NCBI RefSeq assembly: GCF_900090215.1
Contig: NZ_LT594522.1
Coordinates: 90,001 to 122,000, forward strand
Origin: a secondary endosymbiont of Trabutina mannipara
GTDB taxonomy: Bacteria > Pseudomonadota > Gammaproteobacteria > Enterobacterales > Enterobacteriaceae
Length of the DNA stretch: 32,000 nucleotides
Direction: 5' to 3'
Shown here: positions 1 to 9,106 of the stretch, piece after piece
Position numbering within the stretch: position 1 is the stretch's first letter
How the letters are laid out: every line of letters starts with the position of its first letter
Notes under the pieces: model-generated
Told to the model about the DNA's origin: nothing
What the model saw: the letters and a program-made list of their open reading frames with translations, nothing else
Database searches by the model: none
Translations under genes and position numbers: made by a program

Positions 1-61
1 TCATGTCTTATAAGACACTAACACCTGAAGTTAGTGCGTCTACCAATTTCGCCATCTTCGC
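1..61 (-). tRNA. leuT: tRNA-Leu(CAG), 5' portion only; the T arm and 3' end lie beyond the window start
   Basis: The reverse complement reads gcgaagatggcgaaattggtagacgcactaacttcaggtgttagtgtcttataagacatga. This gives the acceptor 5' strand, D arm, anticodon loop with CAG and the start of a long variable arm. It is near-identical to E. coli tRNA-Leu(CAG) as I recall it, and it follows tRNA-His as in the E. coli argX-hisR-leuT operon. Confidence 0.85.
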
Positions 62-67
62 ATACTG

Positions 68-141
68 GGTGACTGATGGGACTTGAACCCACGACAACTG
101 GAATCACAATCCAGGGCTCTACCAACTGAGCTACAGTCACC
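68..141 (-). tRNA. hisR: tRNA-His(GUG)
   Basis: The reverse complement reads g-gtgactg-ta-gctcagttggtagagc-c-ctggattgtgattccag-ttgtc-gtgggttcaagtcccat-cagtcac-c. It has a GUG anticodon and an encoded extra G(-1) opposite C73, the His hallmark. The 3' CCA is not fully encoded (c-c-a-g follows the acceptor stem). Confidence 0.9.
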
Positions 142-149
142 CCTAAGGG

Positions 150-223
<74 letters not shown>

Positions 224-232
224 ATCCCATTA

Positions 233-261
233 ATAATACGTATTTAAGCGCTGACTGTCTA
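233..261 (-). promoter_or_regulatory. Candidate sigma70 promoter of the Arg-His-Leu tRNA operon
   Basis: On the minus strand: TAGACA (256-261), a 17-nt spacer, then TATTAT (233-238). The -10 ends about 9 nt upstream of the mature tRNA-Arg 5' end at 223. In AT-rich DNA -10-like hexamers are common, so this is positional inference only. Confidence 0.4.
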
Positions 262-342
262 GTATTTTTTGGTAAGTTAATAAAATTATCAGCTCATACT
301 GAAAGCAAGTGGCTGCTAGCTTCTTCTCTTCTTAAAGAAAGA

Positions 343-1602
343 TTATGAACGTTTCATCATGTCAAAGAATTCATCGTTTGTTTTAGTCATTGCTAACTTG
401 TTTATAAGAAACTCCATTGCATCTATTTCATTCATAGGATGAATAATTTTACGCAATATCCACATTTTTTGCAGTTCTTCCTGATTTGTTAGTAATTCTT
501 CTTTACGGGTGCCAGAACGGTTGTAATCGATAGCAGGAAAATCACGTTTTTCTGCTATTTTTAGCGAAAGATGTAGTTCCATGTTGCCAGTTCCTTTGAA
601 CTCTTCATAAATAACTTCGTCCATTTTTGAACCAGTGTCGATAAGAGCAGTAGCGATGATTGTTAGGCTACCTCCTTCTTCCATATTACGTGCTGCACCA
701 AAAAACCGCTTGGGACGGTGCAGAGCATTAGCGTCTACACCTCCAGTCAATACTTTTCCTGAAGCTGGTACTACAGTATTGTAGGCGCGCGCTAGCCTAG
801 TAATAGAATCTAGTAAAACTATAACATCTTTTTTATGTTCAACTAATCTTTTAGCTTTTTCTATTACCATTTCAGCTACTTGCACATGGCGTGAAGCTGG
901 CTCGTCAAATGTTGAAGCAATAACTTCTCCTTTTACAAGACGTTGCATCTCGGTAACTTCTTCTGGACGTTCGTCAATTAATAGTACTATTAGAACACAG
1001 TCAGAATGATTATAGTTGATGCTTTGAGCAATATTTTGTAGAAGCATAGTTTTACCTGCTTTTGGTGGTGCTACTATCAGTCCACGCTGACCTCTACCTA
1101 TAGGAGAAGCTAGGTCGAGAATACGTGCAGTTAAATCTTCGGTAGATCCATTGCCTCGCTCCATACGCAAACGTGAATTTGCATGCAATGGTGTTAGATT
1201 TTCAAACAAAATTTTGTTACGTGCATTTTCTGGCTTATCATAATTAACTTCATTAACCTTCAGTAGTGCAAAGTAACGTTCGCCCTCTTTAGGAGGGCGA
1301 ATTTTACCGGAAATGGTGTCCCCAGTGCGCAAGTTGAAACGACGTATCTGGCTAGGAGATACGTATATATCATCAGGTCCAGCAAGGTAGGAACTATCAC
1401 TAGATCTGAGAAAACCAAATCCATCTTGCAAAATTTCTAGTATACCATCTCCGAAAATATCCTCACCACTTTTTGCATGCTGCTTGAGGATAGCGAAGAT
1501 AATATCTTGTTTACGCATGCGAGCTAAGTTTTCTAGCCCCATGTTCTCGCCTAGTAACACTAGCTCTGAAACAGGCGTATTTTTTAATTCGGTAAGGTTC
1601 AT
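343..1602 (-). CDS. rho: Transcription termination factor Rho
   Basis: A 419-aa ORF with an ATG start, the same length as E. coli Rho. It begins [15 protein letters not shown], carries the Walker A motif PPKAGKT, and is highly conserved throughout. Confidence 0.97.
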   Translation of the reverse strand: MNLTELKNTPVSELVLLGENMGLENLARMRKQDIIFAILKQHAKSGEDIFGDGILEILQDGFGFLRSSDSSYLAGPDDIYVSPSQIRRFNLRTGDTISGKIRPPKEGERYFALLKVNEVNYDKPENARNKILFENLTPLHANSRLRMERGNGSTEDLTARILDLASPIGRGQRGLIVAPPKAGKTMLLQNIAQSINYNHSDCVLIVLLIDERPEEVTEMQRLVKGEVIASTFDEPASRHVQVAEMVIEKAKRLVEHKKDVIVLLDSITRLARAYNTVVPASGKVLTGGVDANALHRPKRFFGAARNMEEGGSLTIIATALIDTGSKMDEVIYEEFKGTGNMELHLSLKIAEKRDFPAIDYNRSGTRKEELLTNQEELQKMWILRKIIHPMNEIDAMEFLINKLAMTKTNDEFFDMMKRS

Positions 1603-1889
1603 GGTGATTTCTTAAACTAAGGTATTTGTAAATTATAACAATGATTTAATTTAACATTAATAAAGTTGGAGCTGATTGATGAGAATAGAATAAATAATTA
1701 GATGAATATTTGAATTATACTGCTTACATAATATATCTGAGTAAGTAAGATTTTGTTTGCTTATGAACATAAATAAAGCAAATAATGCTAAAATAAAAAC
1801 TACCATAATTATTGATGAGCATCTAAATTTTATGAAAACAAGGAGCCTTTATAAGGAAATACATTTTACATATTTGAGTAAAAATTTTT

Positions 1890-2177
1890 TTAAACAGAGA
1901 TCCTAACCCTAGTAGCTATTGCTTTACCATCACGAAACAGCAACAATGTAGGAATACTAAGTATACCATATTTCGGTGCAGTAATAGAATTATTGTCAAT
2001 TTCTGGTTTAGCAATAGTTAATTTGCTGTTTAATTCATCAGCTACTGATGCTAAGGCGCCATTATTTTACAATAACTACACCATTTTAGCTCCAAAATAT
2101 ACTAAAAAGGTTCTCTTTGCTTGTAATATATCCTTTTCGAAGCTGCTGTCACTTAGATAAGTAAGTTTATCTATCAT
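1890..2177 (-). pseudogene. trxA: Thioredoxin 1 pseudogene with at least two frameshifts, an altered redox motif and a truncated C-terminus
   Basis: Minus-strand translation from the ATG at 2175-2177 gives MIDKLTYLSDSSFEKDILQAKRTFLVYFGAKMV*. After a 1-nt shift it reads [10 protein letters not shown]. After another shift it reads [54 protein letters not shown]. This is collinear with E. coli TrxA (..[44 protein letters not shown]..) and sits in the conserved position immediately upstream of rho. Confidence 0.8.
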
Positions 2178-2910
2178 ATTTTCCTCCATAGGATTATTTT
2201 TAGGTAATTTTTATTTACATTTTTAACCTAATATCTAGCAGGTATTATTATATCATATGAATATTTCTATAACTACCTGCACTTATAGGATAGCTTTTTT
2301 ATCTTCGATAAAAAAAATTTAGCATTCGCAACATGCCAGCATCTGTTGGGTAAACACTTTTCTAATACCAACTATCCTGGCGTTTTTATCGCCAATTTGA
2401 ACCCTTTTTTGCACTTGTTGAATAGTTAAAAATTTTTGGGGTAGTATACTAAGCGGTTAGTATAACCAGATCAATTTAATTATTAACTGTGGTCTAAAAT
2501 AATTTTAGATTATGCACCATGCACCCAGATAATTTGCTGTTATAGTTAAGTTAATATTCAGTATCATGAAAAATAATAATTAAAAAAAGCTGAAGCTAGA
2601 TGTAGCGATTTTGTTAAATATGGGGTATTCTACTAATAAAGTTGTGATGCACTAATATTTAAAATTATTTAAAATATTAAAATAAATTTAATTTTCTCAA
2701 CTTCCCGGTGCAGCATGCTGCACCACTTAGTTTTAAAATAACATTAACATAAACATTTTTTTTAAAATTTAATATAATATAAATAAATTTATTTAATTTA
2801 ACAAAAGCAAAAATGAGATAAAGATATTTAAAATTATAATTTATTATAGCCATTTACTGGCATACAAAATTCAGTCCATTTTTTTTAAAAAAATTTTAAA
2901 TATCATAAAT

Positions 2911-3474
2911 ATGAACTTACAGAATCATTTTCTTATCGCAATGCCTTCACTACAAGATCCGTTATTTAAGCGTTCAGTGGTCTATATTTGTGAACATAAC
3001 AGTAAAGGGGCTATGGGCATCGTTATCAATAAGCCTATAGAGCAATTTTCTATTGAAAACGTACTGTATAAGCTTAAAATGATCTCCTCTGGCAAAGATC
3101 TTTCTATTTTACTAGACAATCCTGTCTTCTATGGAGGTCCTCTGGCAGAGGATCGCGGTTTTATCCTCCACACGCCCCAAGATGGTTTTGGCTCAAGTAT
3201 TGGTATATCTGAGAAAACTATGATGACTACGTCAAAAGACGTACTAGAGACGATTGGTACCGATAAACAACCAGAATATTTGCTAGTTGCACTAGGCTAT
3301 TCTGGTTGGGATCAGGGACAGCTTGAAAGCGAGTTATTGGAAAATAACTGGCTTACGACCCCAGCTAACAATAAAATATTATTCCATACTCCTATAGCAA
3401 CTCGCTGGAGCGAAGCCGCTAAAACTCTGGGGATTGATATTTACAGTATTACTACTCAGGTTGGTCATGCATAA
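2911..3474 (+). CDS. yqgE: UPF0301 family protein YqgE (AlgH-like)
   Basis: A 187-aa ORF of the same length as E. coli YqgE. It starts [30 protein letters not shown], typical of the family, and is followed by yqgF/ruvX as in E. coli. Confidence 0.9.
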   Translation: MNLQNHFLIAMPSLQDPLFKRSVVYICEHNSKGAMGIVINKPIEQFSIENVLYKLKMISSGKDLSILLDNPVFYGGPLAEDRGFILHTPQDGFGSSIGISEKTMMTTSKDVLETIGTDKQPEYLLVALGYSGWDQGQLESELLENNWLTTPANNKILFHTPIATRWSEAAKTLGIDIYSITTQVGHA

Positions 3475-3896
3475 TGGATATTTACGGATGCATCATAGCT
3501 TTTGATTTTGGTACCAGAAGCATCGGAGTTGCGGTTGGTCAACACATAACCTGTACTGCCCAACCGCTAACGTCTTTTAAGGCACGCGATGGTGTGCCAA
3601 ACTGGAAAGATATTGAAAAATTGCTCAAAGAGTGGAAACCTCATACAGTGGTAGTCGGATTACCGCTAAATATGGATGGTAGCAATCAGCCGCTGACGGC
3701 CTATACGCATAAATTCGCCAATCTACTCCACAGTTTTTTTAGCGTTCATGTTGTGTTACATGATGAACGTCTTAGTACTGTAGAAGCACGTATCAATTTA
3801 TTTAATTGCGGTGGTTACCGCGCGCTAGATAAGGGAAATGTAGACGCAAGTTCTGCGGTTATTATATTGGAAAGTTGGCTTGAACTATCGGCGTAG
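3474..3896 (+). CDS. ruvX: Putative pre-16S rRNA nuclease / Holliday-junction resolvase-like YqgF (RuvX)
   Basis: A 140-aa ORF whose ATG overlaps the yqgE TAA by 1 nt. It contains [25 protein letters not shown] and [11 protein letters not shown], which are collinear with E. coli YqgF. Confidence 0.9.
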   Translation: MDIYGCIIAFDFGTRSIGVAVGQHITCTAQPLTSFKARDGVPNWKDIEKLLKEWKPHTVVVGLPLNMDGSNQPLTAYTHKFANLLHSFFSVHVVLHDERLSTVEARINLFNCGGYRALDKGNVDASSAVIILESWLELSA

Positions 3897-3981
3897 CTAA
3901 TTTTTTAGCGTTGTTAAGAGCAACAAATTTAATGAATTATGTTAACTTTATAAATTTCACTGATAAGGATATTTAATTTTT

Positions 3982-4545
3982 ATGCTGATAATTTTTTTTG
4001 TTAAAACGCTAATCAATCTTTATATTATGATGATGCTGCTACGTTTTTGGATGCAATTGACACACTGCGATTTTTCTAATACGTTTTCGCAATTAATTGT
4101 CAAAATTACTCAACCTGTCATCGGTAGGTTAAATGGAATTTTTCCAAGTTTAGGAAATTTTGATAGTGCATCGCTGATAGTAGCATTGACTTTTGCAATG
4201 ATTAAATTACCTATATTAACGCTTATTGATATGCATGTCTTTATTTACAATCATATTTACTTGCTTGTGGGTTTATTAGCTTTGCTGAAAATAGCAGGTG
4301 AATTAGTTTTCTGGATAGTGTTCATACGAACATTACTTAGTTGGAGAAGCCATGAATGTAGTCATAAATGTAGCCATATGGATGTTATCATTTATAAATT
4401 GAGTGAATTATTAATGCATCCGATCCGCCTGATTCTCCCAGATATGGGTGGCATTGATTTTTCAGCTATGATTGTTATTGTAATTCTCTATGTTTTAAAT
4501 CATATTAGCGCAGAACTGTTTTCCGAAATTTGGTATCGATTGTAA
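3982..4545 (+). CDS. yggT: YggT family inner-membrane protein
   Basis: A 187-aa hydrophobic ORF. LRFWMQLTHCDFSNTFSQLIVKITQPVIG and GGIDFSAMIVIVILYV match E. coli YggT (LRIWMQWAHCDFYNPFSQFVVKVTQPIIG, GGIDFSPMILVLLLYV). It carries a 4-codon insert from an imperfect 12-bp tandem duplication at 4354-4377. Confidence 0.85.
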   Translation: MLIIFFVKTLINLYIMMMLLRFWMQLTHCDFSNTFSQLIVKITQPVIGRLNGIFPSLGNFDSASLIVALTFAMIKLPILTLIDMHVFIYNHIYLLVGLLALLKIAGELVFWIVFIRTLLSWRSHECSHKCSHMDVIIYKLSELLMHPIRLILPDMGGIDFSAMIVIVILYVLNHISAELFSEIWYRL

Positions 4546-4668
4546 TTAAAATTTAATTAATTTATAGAACAAATCTATATGCCTTCATTTTATTTTATAT
4601 GCAAGCTTGGTGCTTGGTTTATTACATACAGGTGCTATTTTTTAGCTTCAGATATCCGTGCATAATTT

Positions 4669-4693
4669 TCCACAAATTATTACCTTTTGTGGA
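4669..4693 (+). terminator. Candidate intrinsic terminator downstream of yggT
   Basis: tccacaaa-ttattacct-tttgtgga forms an 8-bp stem with a 9-nt loop, followed by caaaattgttttatttt. It lies in the convergent yggT/suhB spacer. The stem is AT-rich, so it would be weak. Confidence 0.3.
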
Positions 4694-4801
4694 CAAAATT
4701 GTTTTATTTTATTGCTATTTTCTTAGTTCCAAGACAGAAAAAATACTTTCGCTAACTAAATTTAAATTGCAAATACTGCAAACTATTTTATCTGTCGTAC
4801 T

Positions 4802-5578
4802 TCATTCAACACATTGCATAAGTTCTTTATGCATTGTATTAAAAATTGCTTTTATAATGCGGTAATTGCCAGCTATGAGATTGCCTGAAAAAATGTAATC
4901 AGGACCACCGGTAAAATCTGTTACCAAACTTCCTGATTCACGAACCAATAATTCTCCGCCAGTGAAATCCCATTTTTTGAGGCCCATTTCTAAAAAACCA
5001 TCTACTCTTCCGGCGGCTACATAGGCAAGATCTAGTGCTGTTGATCCTGTTCTACGTAAATCTGCACACTGAATTAATAATTTATTCATTAAATTATAGT
5101 TTTTATGATTAAATGGAAAACCAGTTACTAAAATAGTACCATTTAAGTTGCGTGCCGTACTACCTCGTAGACGGTAACCGTTAAGCTGGGTTCCTTTCCC
5201 ACTATAAGCTGTAAACAGCTCATTACGTATCGGGTCGTAAATTACTGCAATCTTTGTATGTTTTTTGATGATTACTGCTATAGAAACGGAAAAATGGGGA
5301 AAACGCTTGATAAAATTATTGGTACCACTCAATGGAGTAATAATCCATTGTACGTCAGTATTTTTGCAATAATAAAGCTCGCCTAGCTCTTCGCTAAGAA
5401 TAGTATGATGCGGATAAAACTTACGAATAACTTCAACAATTAAATATTCTGCTTTTTTTTTGATTTTTTTTACAAAGCAATTATTAACTTCATCGTTATC
5501 AGGTGTTTCATAAAATTTGGCAATTAAATTGCCTGCTACTCGTGCTGCGCTAATAGCAATGTTGAGCATCGGATGCAT
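4802..5578 (-). CDS. suhB: Inositol monophosphatase family protein SuhB
   Basis: The ORF is open to 5584 (MFMHPML..), but E. coli SuhB starts MHPMLNIA, so the ATG at 5576-5578 is the likely start. WVIDPLDGTTNF appears here as WIITPLSGTNNF, and AALDLAYVAAGRVDGF is conserved as TALDLAYVAAGRVDGF. Confidence 0.92.
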   Translation of the reverse strand: MHPMLNIAISAARVAGNLIAKFYETPDNDEVNNCFVKKIKKKAEYLIVEVIRKFYPHHTILSEELGELYYCKNTDVQWIITPLSGTNNFIKRFPHFSVSIAVIIKKHTKIAVIYDPIRNELFTAYSGKGTQLNGYRLRGSTARNLNGTILVTGFPFNHKNYNLMNKLLIQCADLRRTGSTALDLAYVAAGRVDGFLEMGLKKWDFTGGELLVRESGSLVTDFTGGPDYIFSGNLIAGNYRIIKAIFNTMHKELMQCVE

Positions 5579-5720
5579 AAACATCGTCCAATTACCAAAA
5601 AAGTAATTAAATTAATATAGCTGAATATTATTCAAAAAACTATAGCTGGAATACTACATTTTTTATTTTAGATGCATGCATTATTTTTGTTTAAATAATA
5701 TTATTCAAAATAAACGTCTA

Positions 5721-5758
5721 AATCAAAATAAATTAAATTAATCAAAATAAATTAAATT
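5721..5758. repeat. Perfect 19-bp tandem duplication (aatcaaaataaattaaatt x2) in the suhB-iscS spacer
   Basis: Read directly from the sequence: 5721-5739 is identical to 5740-5758, and a partial third start (aatt) follows. Confidence 0.9.
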
Positions 5759-5919
5759 AATTAGCTATAAAGTAAAGTATTTAAAATATAAAATTATTTT
5801 GTTTACGTAAGTAAAATATAATAATAAAAAGTATCAGTAAGTTTATTTATTTGTCTGTTGTTAAAAGAACAACATATAAATAATATATACTGCATAAAAT
5901 AATACGGAGTAAATACGTA

Positions 5920-7077
5920 ATGAAACTACCGATTTATCTTGATTACTCCTCTACTACTCCAGTTGACCCCCTGGTAGCAGATAAGATGATGCAGTATCTT
6001 ACATTTGATGGAATTTTCGGTAATCCATCTTCGCGATTTCACTGTTATGGATGGCAAGCTGAAGAAGCCGTAGATATTGCCCGTAATCATATTGCCGTAC
6101 TAGTTGGGGCCGATACCAGAGAAATTATTTTTACTTCAGGAGCTACAGAGTCAGTTAATCTAGCCATAAAAGGAGCGGCTTATACTAATTCCGTTAAAGG
6201 ACGCCATATTATTACTGCAGTAACGGAACATAAAGCAGTTATTGATACATGCCAGCAATTGGAGACAGAAGGATTTACTGTTACTTGGCTGATGCCGTCT
6301 AAAGACGGCATTATATCTTCTAAGCAGCTAAGCAATGCGTTACGTGATGACACTATCATAGTGTCGTTGATGCATGTAAACAATGAAACTGGTATGATTC
6401 ATGATATCGCCTCCTTCGGAGAAGTGTGTCGTTCTCATGGAGCTTTATATCACGTAGACGCAACTCAAAGCGTAGGAAAATTACCTATTGATCTTACTCT
6501 ACTACCAGTAGATCTAATGTCATTTAGTGCCCATAAATTATATGGCCCTAAGGGTATTGGCGCTCTGTTTGTACGTAGAGATCCGCGGGTATGTATAAAA
6601 GCACAAATTAACGGTGGAGGTCACGAGTTAGGTATACGCTCTGGGACTCTTCCGGTACATCAAATTGTTGGCATGGGAGAAGCTTATTCTCTAGCATCGC
6701 AAGAAATAAAAAATAAAATGCCATTTTTAATGGCACTACGAGACCAACTGTGGAAAGGTATGCAGCAAATTGATGGTGTATCAGTTAATGGTGATCTGCA
6801 ACAGGGTATTGCAACGATACTTAACTTAAGCTTTCGTGATATTAATGGAGAATTGCTTATAATGAAACTAAAAAATTTAGCGGTATCTACTGGATCTGCC
6901 TGTACATCAACAAGTATCGAGCCATCTTACGTTTTACGTGCTATGGGACTTGATGATAAACTAGCTCATAGCTCTATCCGCTTTTCTTTAGGAAAATTTA
7001 CTACCCATGAAGAAATAAACTACGCAATAAACCAGACTATAATTGCTGTTTCGCAACTTCGTAAAAAAAATGATTAA
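5920..7077 (+). CDS. iscS: Cysteine desulfurase IscS, about 19 residues shorter at the C-terminus than E. coli IscS
   Basis: A 385-aa ORF starting [17 protein letters not shown]. The PLP-lysine motif [12 protein letters not shown] and the catalytic-loop cysteine STGSACTS are present. It ends soon after [20 protein letters not shown], without the tail that ends E. coli IscS (404 aa). Confidence 0.95.
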   Translation: MKLPIYLDYSSTTPVDPLVADKMMQYLTFDGIFGNPSSRFHCYGWQAEEAVDIARNHIAVLVGADTREIIFTSGATESVNLAIKGAAYTNSVKGRHIITAVTEHKAVIDTCQQLETEGFTVTWLMPSKDGIISSKQLSNALRDDTIIVSLMHVNNETGMIHDIASFGEVCRSHGALYHVDATQSVGKLPIDLTLLPVDLMSFSAHKLYGPKGIGALFVRRDPRVCIKAQINGGGHELGIRSGTLPVHQIVGMGEAYSLASQEIKNKMPFLMALRDQLWKGMQQIDGVSVNGDLQQGIATILNLSFRDINGELLIMKLKNLAVSTGSACTSTSIEPSYVLRAMGLDDKLAHSSIRFSLGKFTTHEEINYAINQTIIAVSQLRKKND

Positions 7078-7209
7078 CACTATCTTTTAGTGACAAAATT
7101 TGTATTAAATATATAAAAATATATGTTGTATTTGTAAGAAAATTAATGCAGTACTAAATAATTACTTTGCGTAAAATATGGTAAAGAATGATTATAGGTA
7201 AAATTTATC

Positions 7210-8490
7210 ATGGCAAATAACATTGAAGCTATTCGTGGCATGAAAGACTATTTGCCTGAAGAGATAGTATTATGGCAGAGAATTGAAAAAACTCTTAAAA
7301 AAGTACTAGATGGCTATGGATATAGTGAAATACGTCTCCCAATAGTTGAGCATACTTTGTTGTTTCAGCGAGCTATCGGTAAAGTTACTGATGTAGTTGA
7401 AAAAGAGATGTATAGTTTCGACGATAGAAAAGGCGACAACCTTACCCTACGTCCAGAAGGTACTGCGGGTTGTGTACGTGCCGGTATTAAACATAGTTTA
7501 ATATATAAAAAGGAACAGAGATTGTGGTATATAGGCCCAATGTTTCGTTATGAACGGCCACAGAAAGGACGCTACAGACAGTTTTACCAGATAGGAGTCG
7601 AAGTATTTGGTCAGGAAGGACCTGATGTTGACGCAGAGCTTATTCTTATCATCGCACGCTGGTGGCGCGAGCTTGGTATTAGCCACCATGTATCGTTAGA
7701 AATTAATTCTCTTGGTTCTATGGAGGCACGTGCTCGATACCGTAATGCACTGGTAGCGTTTTTGGTCCAGAATAAAGAGCATTTAAACGAAAATTGCCGT
7801 CGCCGTATTTACACTAATCCGATGCGAGTGTTAGATACTAAAAATTCAGATATACAGGCTCTTCTAAAAAAAGCACCAGTTATAACTGATTACCTAGATG
7901 ATGATTCACGCTTCCATTTTTATAGTCTATGTGAACTTTTGGATTTAAGTTGCATTCCGTATAGAGTTAATCCACATTTAGTTCGCGGTCTTGATTACTA
8001 TAACAGAACTGTTTTTGAGTGGATAACTACTTTTCTAGGTTCGCAAAGTACTGTTTGCGGCGGAGGTCATTATGATAGTTTAGTAGAACAACTAGGCGGA
8101 CGCGCTACTCCAGCTGTTGGATTTGCTATGGGGTTAGAGCGACTGGTATTGCTAATGCAGACGGTTAATCCATATTTTGCTGTTTCTAATCGTATTGATG
8201 CTTATTTGGTTGTCGCAGGAGATAAGGCAAAACGTGAGGCGCTGCAGCTTGCTGAGCAGCTACGAGACGCACTTCCATCATTAAGGATGATGACCAATTA
8301 CGGCGTTGGCAGTTTTAAAAAACAGCTCGCAATCGCTGATAAGCAAGGTGCTCGTATCGCAATAATTATAGGAGAAAATGAGACATCTACGCTGCAAGTT
8401 ATAATAAAAGATTTAATTACTGGTAAACAAGAAAAATTAGCTAGACTAGATTTAGTATCGCGGCTAATCTCATTTCTAGAAATTAAGTAA
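7210..8490 (+). CDS. hisS: Histidine--tRNA ligase
   Basis: A 426-aa ORF with class II motifs ([39 protein letters not shown]). It is full length relative to E. coli HisS (424 aa). Confidence 0.96.
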   Translation: MANNIEAIRGMKDYLPEEIVLWQRIEKTLKKVLDGYGYSEIRLPIVEHTLLFQRAIGKVTDVVEKEMYSFDDRKGDNLTLRPEGTAGCVRAGIKHSLIYKKEQRLWYIGPMFRYERPQKGRYRQFYQIGVEVFGQEGPDVDAELILIIARWWRELGISHHVSLEINSLGSMEARARYRNALVAFLVQNKEHLNENCRRRIYTNPMRVLDTKNSDIQALLKKAPVITDYLDDDSRFHFYSLCELLDLSCIPYRVNPHLVRGLDYYNRTVFEWITTFLGSQSTVCGGGHYDSLVEQLGGRATPAVGFAMGLERLVLLMQTVNPYFAVSNRIDAYLVVAGDKAKREALQLAEQLRDALPSLRMMTNYGVGSFKKQLAIADKQGARIAIIIGENETSTLQVIIKDLITGKQEKLARLDLVSRLISFLEIK

Positions 8491-9106
8491 GTAATAAATA
8501 ATTGCAAAATTCAATTTACCAAATACGCAGCTTCTTAGTTTGTTTTAGTCATCCAAAAGGATGATAATTCACGAATGTGCTCATGAAACTGAATAAAGAA
8601 TGTTATTCGTAGCCACTACGCTTCTTAGTAGATAATATATTTTACTAAATATGGATTTGCTATGTGGTAAGCTGAACTGTATATTGATCTTCTAATCTAA
8701 GATGCTCGTATATTTGCTGCTGATATACATTGCATAAAAGCGCTATATGCTAACAACGGTAAATAAATTGGGTATAAAAATATTGCTAGCACTTTTTTTT
8801 CGTATAATTATTTTGTTCAGCTAAGCTGGTGGTTACAGCAGTAAGTTATCGATTTTACGTAGGTAGCGGCCAATACGCTATTAACAATACGCTACGGACA
8901 ACCTGTAATAGTGCTTAATCGTATAGTAATCTAATTTACTTTAACTTCACCTTTTTTTATACTATCTAGTTACTAGCATCCCATAAGGATATTACATTGG
9001 ATTCACACTCATAAAATTATCTTGCAGGCTAAAATGGAAATTTATACGATCTGATTATTTGATCATTCTAATATTTTTAAAATTTATTAAGGTTAAAATA
9101 TAATAA

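Noticed and set aside
2438-2465. A tRNA-like 5' fragment (ggggtag-ta-tact-aagcggtt-agta) with an acceptor-like start and a foldable D arm.
   Set aside because: I could not fold an anticodon arm, T arm or complementary acceptor 3' strand downstream. At most it is a decayed fragment, and it could be coincidence.
4599-4865. An 88-aa ORF in the yggT-suhB convergent spacer that looks like a possible hypothetical protein.
   Set aside because: It has a low-complexity, Phe/Leu/Ile-rich translation typical of AT-rich non-coding DNA and no Shine-Dalgarno. It overlaps the conserved 3' end of suhB by 64 nt on the opposite strand and resembles no family I recognise. A nearby frame (about 4579-4670, MPSFYFICKLGAWFITYRCYFLASDIRA*) only vaguely echoes YggU and is too weak to call.
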